A DNA stretch of 62,291 nt, counting the filler, from Chiloscyllium plagiosum (lineage: Eukaryota), in the NCBI RefSeq assembly GCF_004010195.1. It is 4 parts of one record of this genome, joined end to end, with 100 filler letters (N's around TTAATTAATTAA, not from the genome) between each part and the next. Parts side by side here need not be neighbours in the genome. Positions count along the whole stretch, not along the records: positions 1 to 14,993 come from NC_057714.1; positions 15,094 to 28,172 come from NC_057714.1; 2 more parts are not named here. One strand, 5' to 3'. The first letter of the stretch is position 1; the number at the start of each line of letters is the position of its first letter. The translations under genes were made by a program, and so were the position numbers. Of the stretch, positions 12,250 to 24,158 are shown one piece after another. The notes below the pieces were generated by a model that searched no databases, had not been told where the DNA came from, and was given only the letters and a program-made list of their open reading frames with translations.

Positions 12250-12572
12250 AGAATAGGGACATCACTGGCTAGGTTAGCATTCATTTTCCATCCCTAAATA
12301 CCTAGCGGAGTGTTAAAAGTTCAACCACGTTGCTGTGGGTCTGGAGTCATAGGCAGGCCAGACTAGTTAAGGATGGCAGTTTCCTTCCCTGAAGAACATT
12401 AGTGAACCAGATGGGTTTTAATGATAACTTGTTCATGGTCATTATTAGACTCTTAATACCATATTTTATTTTTTGAATTCAAATTCCATCCAGATTTGAA
12501 CCTAAGTCACAGAACATTATCTGGGGCTGTAGATTAAGAGTCTACCAATGAAACCATTCAGCTATTGCCTTT
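12250..12572 (-). mobile_element. tRNA-derived SINE (second family)
   Basis: Homologous to 19230-19557, 21450-21740 and 53180-53460 (gtgggtctggagtcat...ggatggcagtttccttccct...gtgaaccagatggg). Confidence 0.65.
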
Positions 12573-13507
12573 CCGTACCCCTTGCCTACACTGTATTTAC
12601 AGCCCTACGCCATGCCCAAAGTTCTATATCATGGATGCTGCTATACATCAGATCATAGAATTATTCCTAGAGGAAACCAATAGAAATGCTGCGTTACCAG
12701 CTTCTAGGGGGCACCTTGGGCTGGATTTAGTTGTCCCAAGAAAATCATGAAAGGAGTGTAAGGTTTGGCAAAACTGAAGCTGTGGAGTCACTACTTTCCT
12801 CTCAAGAACCTTGCTCAAACATTCCATAGTTTGGGAAAAATGATTGGATTAGGTTCAGTTTGTGACCTCACTTACATGGCCAGTGATCTTAGGGGTCACT
12901 AGTGAAAGTCCAAAGGGACAAGTGTACTTATATCAGGTGGGTTTTGGAAGTTTCGGGAAAAGAAGTTGACCATTACTATAACTAGCATTGCATTACGTTT
13001 AGATGCATTAGAGTACTTTGTCAATTTGGAAAAAAGGAGCTACTATGCACTCAAAGCTGTAGAAAACAGTGCTTGGTAAATTTCATAATGTGACTTGAAG
13101 TGTTTTAAAGGCTCATAGTACTTTAACTTTGAAGAAAAAGCTTGCTGCTTTAACACAGGGGAAAAAAGACATCTGCTCTTGAAATTCTTAAGTGACAGGC
13201 TATCTAGCATCATCTAGAACAACCCTAACAAACTTTTTTTAAAAAAAAATCAATATTCTTCATTCTCTAGAGCATTATTGGCATGTTTTGGCAGCTGAGA
13301 CCCTTATGAGTACTTGGCTGAGTTTTAAAATCTACAAAACACTTAGCAGGTAGTTGTATAGTTTGTTCGAAGACAGGTTTAAGAGGTCTTGTCATCTTTT
13401 AATGTCTCAATGGCCATCTGGGGAGATGTAACGATTTTTCAGTGGCTCTAGAATAATATTTTCTGTGCAGTAAGAATGCTGGCATATCTGAATGACACTA
13501 TATAGAT

Positions 13508-13705
13508 TGGTGTGGAGATGCTGATGTTGGACTGGGATGGACTAGGTCAGAAGTCACACGATGCGAAGTTACAGTCCAACAGGCTTATTTGAAATCGTAA
13601 GCTTTCAAAGTATTGCTCCATATCAGGTGACTTCACCTGACGAAGGAGCAGCTCTGAAAGTTTGCAATTTCAAATGATGAGAACCTGGTGTCGTGTGACT
13701 TCTGA
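13508..13705. mobile_element. Palindromic PLE-type insert, second family
   Basis: Arms tcagaagtcacacga...tcaggtga / tcacctga...tcgtgtgacttctga; plus-strand ctgacgaaggagcagctctgaaagtt is a decayed hammerhead. Confidence 0.7.
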
Positions 13706-14471
13706 GTCTATAGGTTGTGAGAAGTTTGATTTTTTTTTCCCCTTCAAAAGAATTTCCCATCACTGGTTTACTGGCTTGGAACATCTGTCCATAGAGGATA
13801 CTGGGTGAGTGTCTATGAAGGATATTTCGGGAGGCATGGAGGAGTTGTGGGGATGAATGAGATGTTGCAGGTGAGGCACACAGAATCAATGTCCACCAGA
13901 ATTGATGAATGTCACTTAACTGATACAACTGGGCATGTACATTCTTTCAACGCTGCATCATGCCAAGCAAGATGGCAGACATGAACCTTGTTCACAAACA
14001 TCTCACAGAGACAAAGCCATATGGGAGAAGGTTCCAACTTCATGATAGGTAACCGGTCCACTCCCAATGGACAAATAAAATAAATGTGGTAAAGGGATTT
14101 GGTACAAATTAGGATATAGAGAGTAGAGATTTGTCCATGTATATGGGATGGGATGGTGCCCAGGGATCTGGAGGTGACAAAAGCACAAACAAGGCTTTCA
14201 ACATGAGGTGGACTACAGCAGTAGTGGACTCGGGCTGTGTTACAAAGGTAGCTGCCCATCGAGTATTCTCCGTCACACATTACAGGAGAGACTGGGCGCT
14301 CTCCAGCCCATTCACCAGTAAAGTTAATGCCAAGCAAAATGAAAATTGTGGCAATGCTTGTATAAAATATGTGAGGATTTATTTTGGAAAAAGCAGAAAG
14401 AAAAAATCAACAGAAACATTAAAAGGGAACAAAGTGGGAATATTTTAGTCAGATAGGACTTATATTCCAAC

Positions 14472-14993
14472 TCAAAGTTTGTGCGAAGATTTGTAGCTCG
14501 GGTGCTCGTTGTTGTGGTTCTGTTCGCCGAGCTGGAAGTTTTTGTTGCAGACGTTTCGTCACCTGGCTAGGTGACATCATCAGTGCTTGGGAGCCTCCTG
14601 CGAAGCGCTTCTTTGATGTTTCTTCCGGTGTTTATAGTGGTCGGTCCCTGCTGCTTCCGGTTGTCAGTTTCAGCTGTCCGCTGTAGTGGTTGGTATATTG
14701 GGTCCAGGTCGATGTGTTTGTTGATGGAGTTTGTGGATGAATGCCATGCCTCTAGGAATTTCCTGGCTGTTCTCTGTCTGGCTTGCCCTATGATAGTAGT
14801 GTTGTCCCAGTCGAATTCATGTTGCTTGTGAACGAAGGACCCGATACCCAACATAAGCAAGACGAATGTAGTGTACAAAATACCATGCAAGGACTGCACA
14901 AAACACTATATAGGACAAACAGGAAGACAGCTAACAATCCGCATACATGAACATCAACTAGCCACGAAAAGACACGACCAGCTATCCTTAGTA
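14472..14993. mobile_element. Penelope-like element, GIY-YIG endonuclease region with inverted 3' end
   Basis: Plus strand 14830-14993 reads TKDPIPNISKTNVVYKIPCKDCTKHYIGQTGRQLTIRIHEH; minus strand 14830-14567 reads HEFDWDNTTIIGQARQRTARKFLEAWHS...INKHIDLDPIY, followed by the 3' UTR. Confidence 0.88.
14550..14583 (-). ncRNA. Minimal type I hammerhead ribozyme
   Basis: gca-CTGATGA-T-GTCACCT(AGCC)AGGTGAC-GAAAC-GTC-tgc: perfect 7-bp stem II, palindromic ACGT stem III, GUC site, GCA/TGC stem I. Confidence 0.8.
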
Positions 14994-15093
14994 NNNNNNN
15001 NNNNNNNNNNNNNNNNNNNNNNNNNNNNNNNNNNNNNTTAATTAATTAANNNNNNNNNNNNNNNNNNNNNNNNNNNNNNNNNNNNNNNNNNNN
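14994..15093. other. Assembly gap with TTAATTAATTAA linker
   Basis: 44 N + 12 bp + 44 N; identical layout at 28173-28272 and 42653-42752. Confidence 0.95.
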
Positions 15094-17118
15094 TGGCCTC
15101 TGCCAACGGTTCAATCACCAACATAAAAAGTAATGGTGAAAGGGGACAGCCCTGCCGGCTGCCCCTAGAAATATTAAAATTGCTTGATCGTACCCCGTTG
15201 GTAATGACCGCAGCGAGAGGTACACTGTGGAGAACCTTTATCCATCTTATGGGAACTTCGCCCAGACCAAACCGGTCTAGAATATAGAAAAGGTACGGTC
15301 ACTCAACTCGGTCAAATGCCTTCTCTGCATCTAAAGAAATCACCAATCCCTGTATTGACTGCTGTTGGCATTCTTGAATTACGTTAAGCAGCCTCCTAAG
15401 GTTATTGGAGGATCTGTGACCCTTTATGAAGCCCGTCTGATCCTCTTTAATAATAGAGGGTAGCACAGTCCCCTGCCTTAAGGCAAGAGCCTTAGAGAAG
15501 ATCTTAGAGTCCACATTTAAGAGCGAGATGGGCCTGTATGAAGCACAGTCTTCCAGATCCTTCCCTTTTTTAAGGATAAGTGAAATATTGGCCTCTCTCA
15601 GAGATGGTAGGAGACAAACATGACTGTATGAATCATTAAACATATTCAGCATCGGGCCTGACAGTATACTTATAAATTCCTTATAGAATTCACTGGGAAG
15701 TCCATCAGGACCGGGCGCCTTTCCACTCTGAATCTGCCTCACAGCCTCCTGCACTCCTTGCTCTGATAATGGGGCACTGAGAAAGGACTGTTGTTCGGGA
15801 GTCACACCCGGGAGCTTCAGATCTCTAAAAAAGGATTCCATTTTGGCCTGCCCCTCCTCACAATTCTCAGACTGATATAACTTAGAGTAGAATCTCTGGA
15901 ACGCCAAATTAATCTTTTTAGAATCACATGTTAGGTGATTCTAATCGCTGTAATGGTTTGTAGGGCACTTCTCTTTCTGGTAAGGTATGCTAAGTATTTG
16001 CCTGGCTTGTCACCATGCTCGTATAACCTTTGCTTTGCAAAAGCCAGCTCCTTCTTTGCCATCTGCATGAGCACGGAATTTAGTGTCGACCGCAGTGCCG
16101 TAATCCTCTGTAGTTTGACCAATGAGGCTCTGTCAAAATAGGCCTTCTCAGCTGCTTTCAACCGTGCTTCAAGGAGACATTGTTGCTCACCCTTTTGCCA
16201 CTTCCTACTTGTGGAATATGAAATAACTAACCCTCTGGCATAAGCTTTGGCAGTTTCCCAGAGAACAGATGAGCTATCAACCGAGTCTATGTTGATGTCT
16301 AGGAATGCCCGAAATTCCCTAGAGAAATACTCCACAAACTTGCTGTCCATGAGAATAAAGGGGTCCATTCACCAATACCTCGAATCCACTGTAACATCCT
16401 TAATTTTAACCATGAGGTACACTGGAGCATGATCAGAGATGGCAATATTACCAATCGTACAGGATACCACCAGATCCAGGGTTACCGCAGGGGTCAGAAA
16501 AAAATCAATCCTCATGTGACATCTAAGCGGATTGGAGAAAAATGTGAAATCCCTACGTGTAGGGTGGAGACATCTCCAGACGTCCCCCAATCCTAATTCC
16601 CCACACAAACCCAATAACTGTTTAGTTTGTGCAGAGGGTATTGAGGGACCTTTAGGCAACCTGTCTACTGTGGGGTCCATGAGGCAGTTAAAATCTCCCC
16701 CTATAATGATGTGCCGAGACTTGAGACTTATCAGTTTAGAAAAAGCATCGACCAAGAATTTAAGAGAATGAGCTGGGGGACGATAAACATTTAAAATGCC
16801 ATATTCTTCCCCATTTATCAAGGCTTTAAGAATTACAAACCTCCCATATGAGTCTTTAACACATTCCAACAATTTAAATGAGAGATTTTTCTTTACCAAT
16901 ATAGCCACTCCCCTACTTCTGGTACTAAATGATTAAAAATAAACTCGGTCAAAGCCATTCTGCTGTAATTTCAGATGCTCCTTGTCATCCAAATGTGTCT
17001 CCTGTAACAAAACGATATCCACCTCCTTTCTAAGACTCAAGAGTACCTTCTTCCTCTTAATTGGTGAGTGACTTCCCTTGATATTCCAGGTACACCATTT
17101 AATCAAATCATTAGCCAT
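15094..17118 (-). pseudogene. L1 ORF2p (APE endonuclease plus reverse transcriptase), frameshifted with in-frame stops
   Basis: TWNIKG, LLQETHL, GGDFN, RIDFF, SDH, KAPGPDG, YRPISLLN, LDAEKAFDRV and RQGCPLSP spread over four ORF pieces. Confidence 0.9.
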
Positions 17119-17716
17119 AATCTTCTGCAATTACATTTAAATTCCAGAGAGGAGGAACCCAAACCATAAATTGCTGAGCCTTAGTGTCGCATGGTCCACC
17201 AAACATAAAAACTGCATAAACTAAAACCACTACATTTAACAAACATACAAAATTATTACAAATAAAAAACAACAAAAACCAGAAAACAAACCAACATATA
17301 AAGCGCCAAAAGCGCTGAGTAGGGGAACTCACCCCCTGCCCGGAGGGGGCAACTACCCATCCCGAACTGCCCATAAATAGGCATTTAACCATCTCAACCA
17401 CCTTCACTTCTCCCAGCTAGAGCCTCATCGCAAGCACAAGCTAAAAAGAATAAAAGCCCCATGGAATATCAATATGAATAAAAAAAACATTCTTTCATTA
17501 AAAAAATGGAATAAGTACCATCCTTTGGTATGTCCTAACTTAGAAATTTAAAATGTACATCTTAACCACCGCCAGACATAGTTTGAACCAAATTATTATC
17601 AATAGAGGAAAAAAAAGGGGAAAAACAAAGCTCCAACCGGATTTCCTCCATTTCTTTTACAGAATGATAAACGCATACCCAAGCAACGATATTTATACAT
17701 ACTACAATTGTTTAAA

Positions 17717-18472
17717 TTAGGTTAGTTTGTCCACAAAGTCTCTTGCCTTCTCCGATGTGTCAAAGAGATGCATGGATCCATCTGAGGTGATCCGAAGCAC
17801 TGCCGGATATCTCAGGGAGTACTGAATCCCGAGCTCCTTCAGTCTTCTCTTGACACCATCATACGATTTTTGTTTCTGGATCACCACTGCTGAAAAGTCC
17901 TGAAAAAACATGATTTTAGACCCCTCGTAAATTAGGGTCTTTGGATCCTTCCCCTGGAGTCTGGAAGCCTCCATGACTCTCTCCTTATCCCGGTAATGAT
18001 GGAACCGCACCAGGAAAGGGCGAGGGCGTTGACCCAGACCCGACCTCCGCGCTGCGATCTGGTGAACTCTCTCTATCTTCAATCCTCTCATGCTAGTCTC
18101 CAAGTCAAGGAATTTCAGAAGCCAATCTTCAACAAATTCCGCAGGCCGCTCACCTTCCTTACCCTCAGGCAGACCGATGATCCGAATGTTTTTTCTCCTG
18201 CCCCTGTTTTCAAGATCATCCACTTGGTCACGCAAATTACGAACCTGCGTCTTCAGGGCTTGGATCTCTTCCTTAAATGAACTGGCATCAGCTTCCACCA
18301 CTGTGACCCTGTGCTCCACCTCATCCGTCCTCTTCTCCAGGTCTCCCAGCTGCTTCTCATGCTTCTGCAGCATGAGAGAGACTGGAGCCAGCTTCTCTTC
18401 AATCTGTTTCCACAACATCTCGCGAGATTTCGAGAGCTGGTTCACCAGGTCCTGGAGAGTAATCGGCTCCAA
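17717..18472 (-). pseudogene. L1 ORF1p (coiled coil, RRM, CTD)
   Basis: DLENRGRRKNIRIIGLPEG, IERVH, PRPFLVRF and IMFFQDFS motifs; the probable original start near 18531 reads ATA and is out of frame. Confidence 0.85.
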
Positions 18473-19229
18473 GGCTGCTACAGGCTGAGCTGCAGGCCCG
18501 GCCTCAGATCTCCTCCTCCCTTTTTAGGTATTTCTGGACAGCTGAAAATACAGGTAAGTCAATTTTTAAATGTTTCTTGGGGCTCCACCATCTTTCCAAC
18601 ACCCCAAGAAATCCTGATGACCTGGGTTGGGTGGGTTAAAGGACCGTCCTGCTCCTGCTGCGATGCGAAGCTCTGCAGTGTGATCTTCTCAGATCGCCGC
18701 CATCTTAGATCCCCCCTCTAAACTCTTTTTAAAAGGACCTGAATCTGCACCTTAAAGCTGTAAGCTGCAGAGCTGTGGGCCGTGTGCTGTAAAATGGAAT
18801 TAGAGACGGCAGCTGGGTGTCTTTGGTTCAACATAGACAAGATGGGCTGACAATGGTCCCGTTCTGTGCTGTCCCAACTCTATGGTTCTATGGTAGAATG
18901 TGTGGCTTCAATAATAGGGAGCAGAGAGTCGGGTAAAGGGTAGTTACTGAGCGTGGCAGGAGTTGGGAAGTGGTGTTCCACTAGGATCAGCACTGGGCTC
19001 ACTGCTGCTCCTAATTTATGCCACTTTCTATATTTCCATGTTTGCAGATGACACCAAAGTCAAGGGGCTAATCGATTCCAAAGAGCTCTACAGCAAATTG
19101 CAGGAGGATATTAATAAATGTGCAGGGTGAAGGAGAGCCATTAGCAAATAAAGCTTAACAGAGGTAAAAGTCAGGTCGGAAGAATGGGAACGCATCTTAC
19201 CAGTTGGAAAATAAAGTTTTATTTTTGTT

Positions 19230-19557
19230 TATTCATGGGATGTAAGCATCAGTGGCTGGACCAGTATTCACTGCCCATCCCTAATTACCCAGAGGGCAAT
19301 TAATTGCTGTGAGTCTGGAGTCATATGGAGGCCAGAGCAGGTAAGGATGGCAGTTTCCTTCCCTAAAGGACATTGGTGAACCAGATGGGTTTTTCTGATA
19401 ATTGACAATGCTGTCATTGGAGTCTTAATTCCAGGTTTTTATTTAATTCAAATTCCACTGTCTGCTGTGGCAAGGTTCGAACCTGGGTCCCCAGAAAATT
19501 ACCTGGGTCTTTTGATTAACAGTTCAGCAATAATACCACTGGACCATTGCCTCCCCT
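19230..19557 (-). mobile_element. tRNA-derived SINE (second family)
   Basis: Minus head gggaggcaatggtccagtggt...ggttcgaacc. Confidence 0.7.
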
Positions 19558-21449
19558 ATTCGCACTTCGCATTTTCACATATTTTGCATCCTAACTGATC
19601 ATCAATGTGGTCACCTCAGTCCTTACAGTAAAACCACAGTGCAAAGGGAGTACTGAACTGCAGGTGAGTTCACCGATAAACGCCACAAAGGAAGTAAAGG
19701 AAAACCTGCCTTTAGATATTCAGAAGCACATTCAAGACAATCAAGGATGTTTGTTGTGTATTAACTGTTGTACTGTAAGCAGTCAATCCCTTCACCAAAA
19801 TGTCCCACACTGAATAATGTGATAATGAACAAGTAGTCTGTTTTTTTTTAACTATGATTTTGAGTGAGAGATAAATACGGGCTAGGGCAGTGAGGGAATC
19901 CTCTGCTCTTCAAAAAATGGATGCTAAGGGATTTCTTTTATGCCCATCTGAGAGGACAAACATAAAAGATAAGTACATGAATAGGAAATGTTTGGAGGGA
20001 TATGATCCAAGAGCAGATGGGTGAGACTAGTTTAGTTTGGGATTATGGTTGGCATGGAATGGTTGGACCAAAGGGTCTGTTTCTGTGCTGCGTAACTCTA
20101 TGACTAAATATAGCACAAAGTAGATCCACTCAGATCAACATCTCAAGTTTTCTTTTGTCAGAACGTTTGGAAGAGTGTGCTAAGGTTATCTTCAAGAGTG
20201 GAAACAAGTCCAGAACTTATACTTTCTACCATATAATCAATGTTAAAAAAGCAATTTAAAAACCCTCACTCTCTAGTGTAGTATAACTCACCGCGCAGTA
20301 ATATTGAAGCTGAGTTCTGTACCCCCTGGTCACGAATTGCTGATGCTCTATCTACTCAAATGTATTATGCATTAGCTTGATTCATTAGATCCGGCTAACA
20401 TTTCCATATGCTGCGCAATGCCCTGTAGACACAACTATTATAACTCTGCACTGGGAATAAATGAGCAGTCACAGGCTTTTGTCCTCTGACAGGCCCTTTT
20501 CCATTTCCCCTGATGTCCACGTGAGAATGGATCTAATTAACCTAGAAGGGTAATCCATTAAAAACTGGCCAATGAGACAGTCAATCAAGTCATTTGAATG
20601 CTGACAAAATTGAGGTCCAGTTTATTAATTCCCAAGTATTAGATAAGAACACAAGCACATAAGATTGGGAGCAGAAGAAGATAACTCAGCCCCCAGAGCC
20701 TGTTCCGCCATTTAATACGATCATGGCTGTTCTCATCTCAACTCCACTTTCCAGCCCACTCTCTAATAACCCTTCAAACAGAGGAGTTCTGTCTATCTCC
20801 TCCTTAGATTTACACAATGTTACTGCACTCGACTTAATTTGTGGGCAGTGAATTCCACAGATTTTGAGAGAAGTAATTCTCCTCATTTTTGTTTTTAATC
20901 TGCTTCCCTTATCCTAAAACATGAAGAAGCATCCATTCCACATCCCCTTTCTCAACCTCCTTTAGCATCTCAATTAGATCTCCTCTCATTCCTCTGAAGT
21001 CCAGAGTGTAGGCCTATCTTACTGCTCAATTTTCCTTCATAAGACAAAAATCTTATAATCATCTCTAGAATCAGCCCAGTGAACTGCCTCCAAAACAACC
21101 AAATCCCTCAGGTAAGGGATCAAAATTGTGTACAATTACTGTTGCTGGTTTTTCCATGGAATAGGGTTGGGCTGTATTAGACTTTTCATGCAATCATTCA
21201 TAGAAATGATCAAGTCTTCTATTTGAAAGAATGTTGTTTAAAATGTATGGCCTGGATCCATTTTCACGTGTAGGACTATAAGCTGGAAGAGTCAGGGTCA
21301 CCTGAAACTAGGCCTGATTTTAATAACTAGGGTGAGCTCCCAGTCCTGGTCTTGGGCGCAGAGGCAGTGGCTCTCAGTGATGCTGTGGTGCAAGGAGGCC
21401 AACTCCTGCTTTTCCCATGCCCGTAGCATTAGGAGGAGGGATATTCTTA

Positions 21450-21740
21450 CTAGACTATTACACCAGAGACACAAGTAATGTTTTGGGGACGTGGTTCGAG
21501 TCCGACTACAGAAGATGGTGGAATTTGAACTCAGTAAAATTGGAATTAAGAGTCTGATGATGACCATTGTCGATTGTTGGAAAAACCCATCTGGTTCACT
21601 AATGCCTTTTCAGGAAGGAATCTGGTCTACATGTGACTGCAGACCCACAGCAATGTGGTATACTCTTAACAGCCCTCTGGGTAATTAGGGATGGGTAATA
21701 AATGCTGGCTTGGCCAACAACACCCTCCTCCAATGAATTT
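21450..21740 (+). mobile_element. tRNA-derived SINE (second family)
   Basis: ggttcgagtcc B box and a body shared with 19230-19557. Confidence 0.65.
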
Positions 21741-22007
21741 AAATATAAAAGACATTTAGAATGGCATAGCAATTTATTGTCACGTATTTTTACCAAAACA
21801 AACACCCACGCCGCCTGTATGAATGGCAGAAGTCATAGATAAGAAGAAAAAGTAAAAATTAAGACAGAAAAAAATCATCTCAGATCAATGTCCATTTGGG
21901 TATAGTCGATTAAATTAACAAATGCTGAAATACTGTAAGCGGCTGCTGAAGAAAACCTCCTCGCTGATGAGACCTTCACGCTGGGTTTAGACTGTAAAAC
22001 CTGGACT

Positions 22008-22133
22008 AGGCAAAAGTGAGTACTGTAGATGCTGGAAACCAGATGAAGGGCTTTTGCCCGAAACGTCAATTTTCCTGCTCCTCGGATGCTGCCTGACCTG
22101 CTGTGCTTTTCCAGCACCACTCTAATCTCGACT
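22008..22133. mobile_element. Short inverted PLE pLTR insert with 14-bp TSD
   Basis: TSD ctg(t/c)aaaacctgga at 21992-22005 and 22134-22147; gatgaagggcttttgcccgaaacgtc core lacking the CT of CTGA. Confidence 0.7.
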
Positions 22134-22209
22134 CTGCAAAACCTGGAGACCGCCACAATGGACTGGAATCCTCCTCACTAGGTCCGAGCTGGGAGAAGAC
22201 GCCACCCAC

Positions 22210-22725
22210 TGAAGAATTTAAACACGGTACATGTAGTGTTTGGAACCAGGACCTGGAGTCTCTCATTGACCGTGAGGTCCTTCATTGGGGTTGTTAACCT
22301 GGGCCAATCAGGGAGCCTTGGCTGACAGATATAAACAGGAGATGCCTACTTTCCAAAGCAGGTGGTCGGACGTGCGTTCACAAGGTGATGTGCAAGAATT
22401 CCAAGAAGATGGGAAATCAGTTTATAGTAATAATATGAATGTGTTTGTCCAATCAGAAGAGTTGCTAGGTGTTAAACACACTGATTAAAGATGTTGTGCT
22501 TGGGAAAACCTGAATTTATAGGCACTGGCACAATTGAAAAGCAACTGTGCAGTGTCTTGTGTTTAATAAAATTGACTTTACAAGCAAAAAAAAAAACAGG
22601 AGCTTGAGAAGGTCATCTCCATCCATGGGCTGGCTTTAAGATGGCTAGTCACAGCCCATGTACAGTGCCCATGTAAGTACAGGGTGACTTGGTGATGGGA
22701 TGCCAGCCACTGTGCTGCTATTTCA
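22210..22725 (+). mobile_element. LTR-like repeat (TGAAG...TTTCA), interrupted
   Basis: ccaatcagggagcc...gatataaacaggag and gggtgacttggtga...atttca; relatives at 36345-36405 (-), 49000-49113 and 52590-52635. Confidence 0.45.
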
Positions 22726-22729
22726 GGGA

Positions 22730-23032
22730 CAGCCTTTTTCCTCGGATCGTGATGACTAGCACGCGGGAACATTGCTTTAAACTGAGGGGTGATAGTTATA
22801 GGACAGATGTCAGAGGTAGTTTCTTTACTCAGAGAGTAGTAGGGGTGTGGAACGTCCAGCCTGCAACAGTAGTAGACTCGTCACCTTTAAGGGCATTTAA
22901 ATGGTCATTGGATAAACATATGGACGAGAATGGAATAGTGGAGGATAGATGGGCTTCAGATTGGTTTCACAGGTTAGCACAACATCAAGGGCCGAAGGGT
23001 CTGTACTGCGCTGCTATGTTTTATGTTCTATT
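22730..23032 (+). mobile_element. CR1 LINE 3' fragment
   Basis: FFTQRVVGVWN...LDKHM motif; same subfamily as 59157-59490. Confidence 0.8.
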
Positions 23033-23377
23033 TCAGTAATATAACAAATAAAAATACGGTTTCAAAGAATGTTCACTTTGGTGGCAATCTCCAGTGGTTG
23101 CCTTAAGGATTGCTGCTTAGGCTGCAGGTAAAGGGGTGGAAAAGTTCTTTGACCCTCTTCACTAATACTCCTTTACCCCAGTTACTCCCCATACACCCTG
23201 ATGCTGTTAAAATCTGAAAACTTATCTCCTACCTTTGGAGCGGGATTTGTACCCACAACCTCTGGTTCGGAGACAAAATGCTCATTGGTGAATCACACCT
23301 GAAAATGTAAAGGAGAGGAAATATATTGTTTACGACATTAACTGAACTCTCATTTTAGAACAGCAGCAACAGCATCA

Positions 23378-23690
23378 GGATGGCTCAGTGGTTAACACTA
23401 CTGCCTCACAGCACCAGGGACCTGGGTTCGATTCCAGCCTTGGGTGACAGTCTGTGTGGAGTTTGCACGTTCTCCCTGTGCCTGTGTGGGTTTCCTCTGG
23501 GTGCTCTGATTTCCTCCCACAGTCCAAAGGTTACAGATTAGGTAGATTGACCATGCTAAATTGCCCCATAGTGTTGGGTTAGTTGGGCTCATCATGAGTA
23601 ATAGGGTAGGGGCTTGGGTGTGGGTGGGATGCCCTTCAAAGGATTGGACCCAATGGGCTGAATTACCTGTTTCCACTCTATGAGGATTCT
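23378..23690 (+). mobile_element. HE1-type V-SINE
   Basis: A/B boxes, V domain and tail. Confidence 0.85.
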
Positions 23691-24047
23691 ACCTACAAAG
23701 ACAGAATGCTGTTGAAGGAAATGCTCCAGAAGAAAGGTTTTGTTATGTGAAATGTTGTTGTGTCAACTTACTGAACAAATTGTTACTCTGTTGTTAAGCT
23801 ATTCTGCCTAGAACTTCAATTTCATTCCATGATGAGCAATACCAACGGCAGCAGCACAGCTCACAACCCGGCTGGTTGAATCTATAGTGTACGGTAGTAC
23901 TGATCAAAGTGGAAAATGTTCTTATCCTTTCCACCAAACTTACAGTCAACTCTATGCCATTTCTCAGAGTTGGTGGTTCAAGAATTGTGGATGAACTCAC
24001 CTTCAGATTCTAATCAGTTCACTCTTCCATTGAATTGATACCAAATA

Positions 24048-24158
24048 GGAGAAAGTGAGGACTGCAGATGCTGGAGATCAGAGCTTGAAAATGTGTTGCT
24101 GGAAAAGCGCAGCAGGTCAGGCAGCATCAAAGGAACAGGAGAATCGATGTTTCAGGCC
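24048..24158 (-). mobile_element. PLE pLTR 3' fragment
   Basis: ggagaaagtgaggactgcagatgctggagatcagag... matches the 1676/33530 family. Confidence 0.7.

Larger units (their letters stand above)
15094..18718 (-). mobile_element. L1-clade LINE, 5'-complete, disrupted, cut by an assembly gap
   Basis: 5' end ggggggatctaagatggcggc, ORF1, ~600-bp spacer, ORF2 endonuclease and RT motifs up to QGCPLSP. Confidence 0.92.

Noticed and set aside
13750..14340. Overlapping ORFs of 100-140 aa
   Set aside because: No recognisable domain or splice pattern; probably decayed repeat, left unassigned.
15038..15049. TTAATTAATTAA palindrome (also 28217-28228 and 42697-42708)
   Set aside because: Always centred in exactly 44 N + 44 N; an artificial scaffold linker with stops in all six frames.
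21785..21830. GGVGVCFGK stretch after a polypyrimidine tract
   Set aside because: Length, phase and sequence do not match the expected DPP6 exon.
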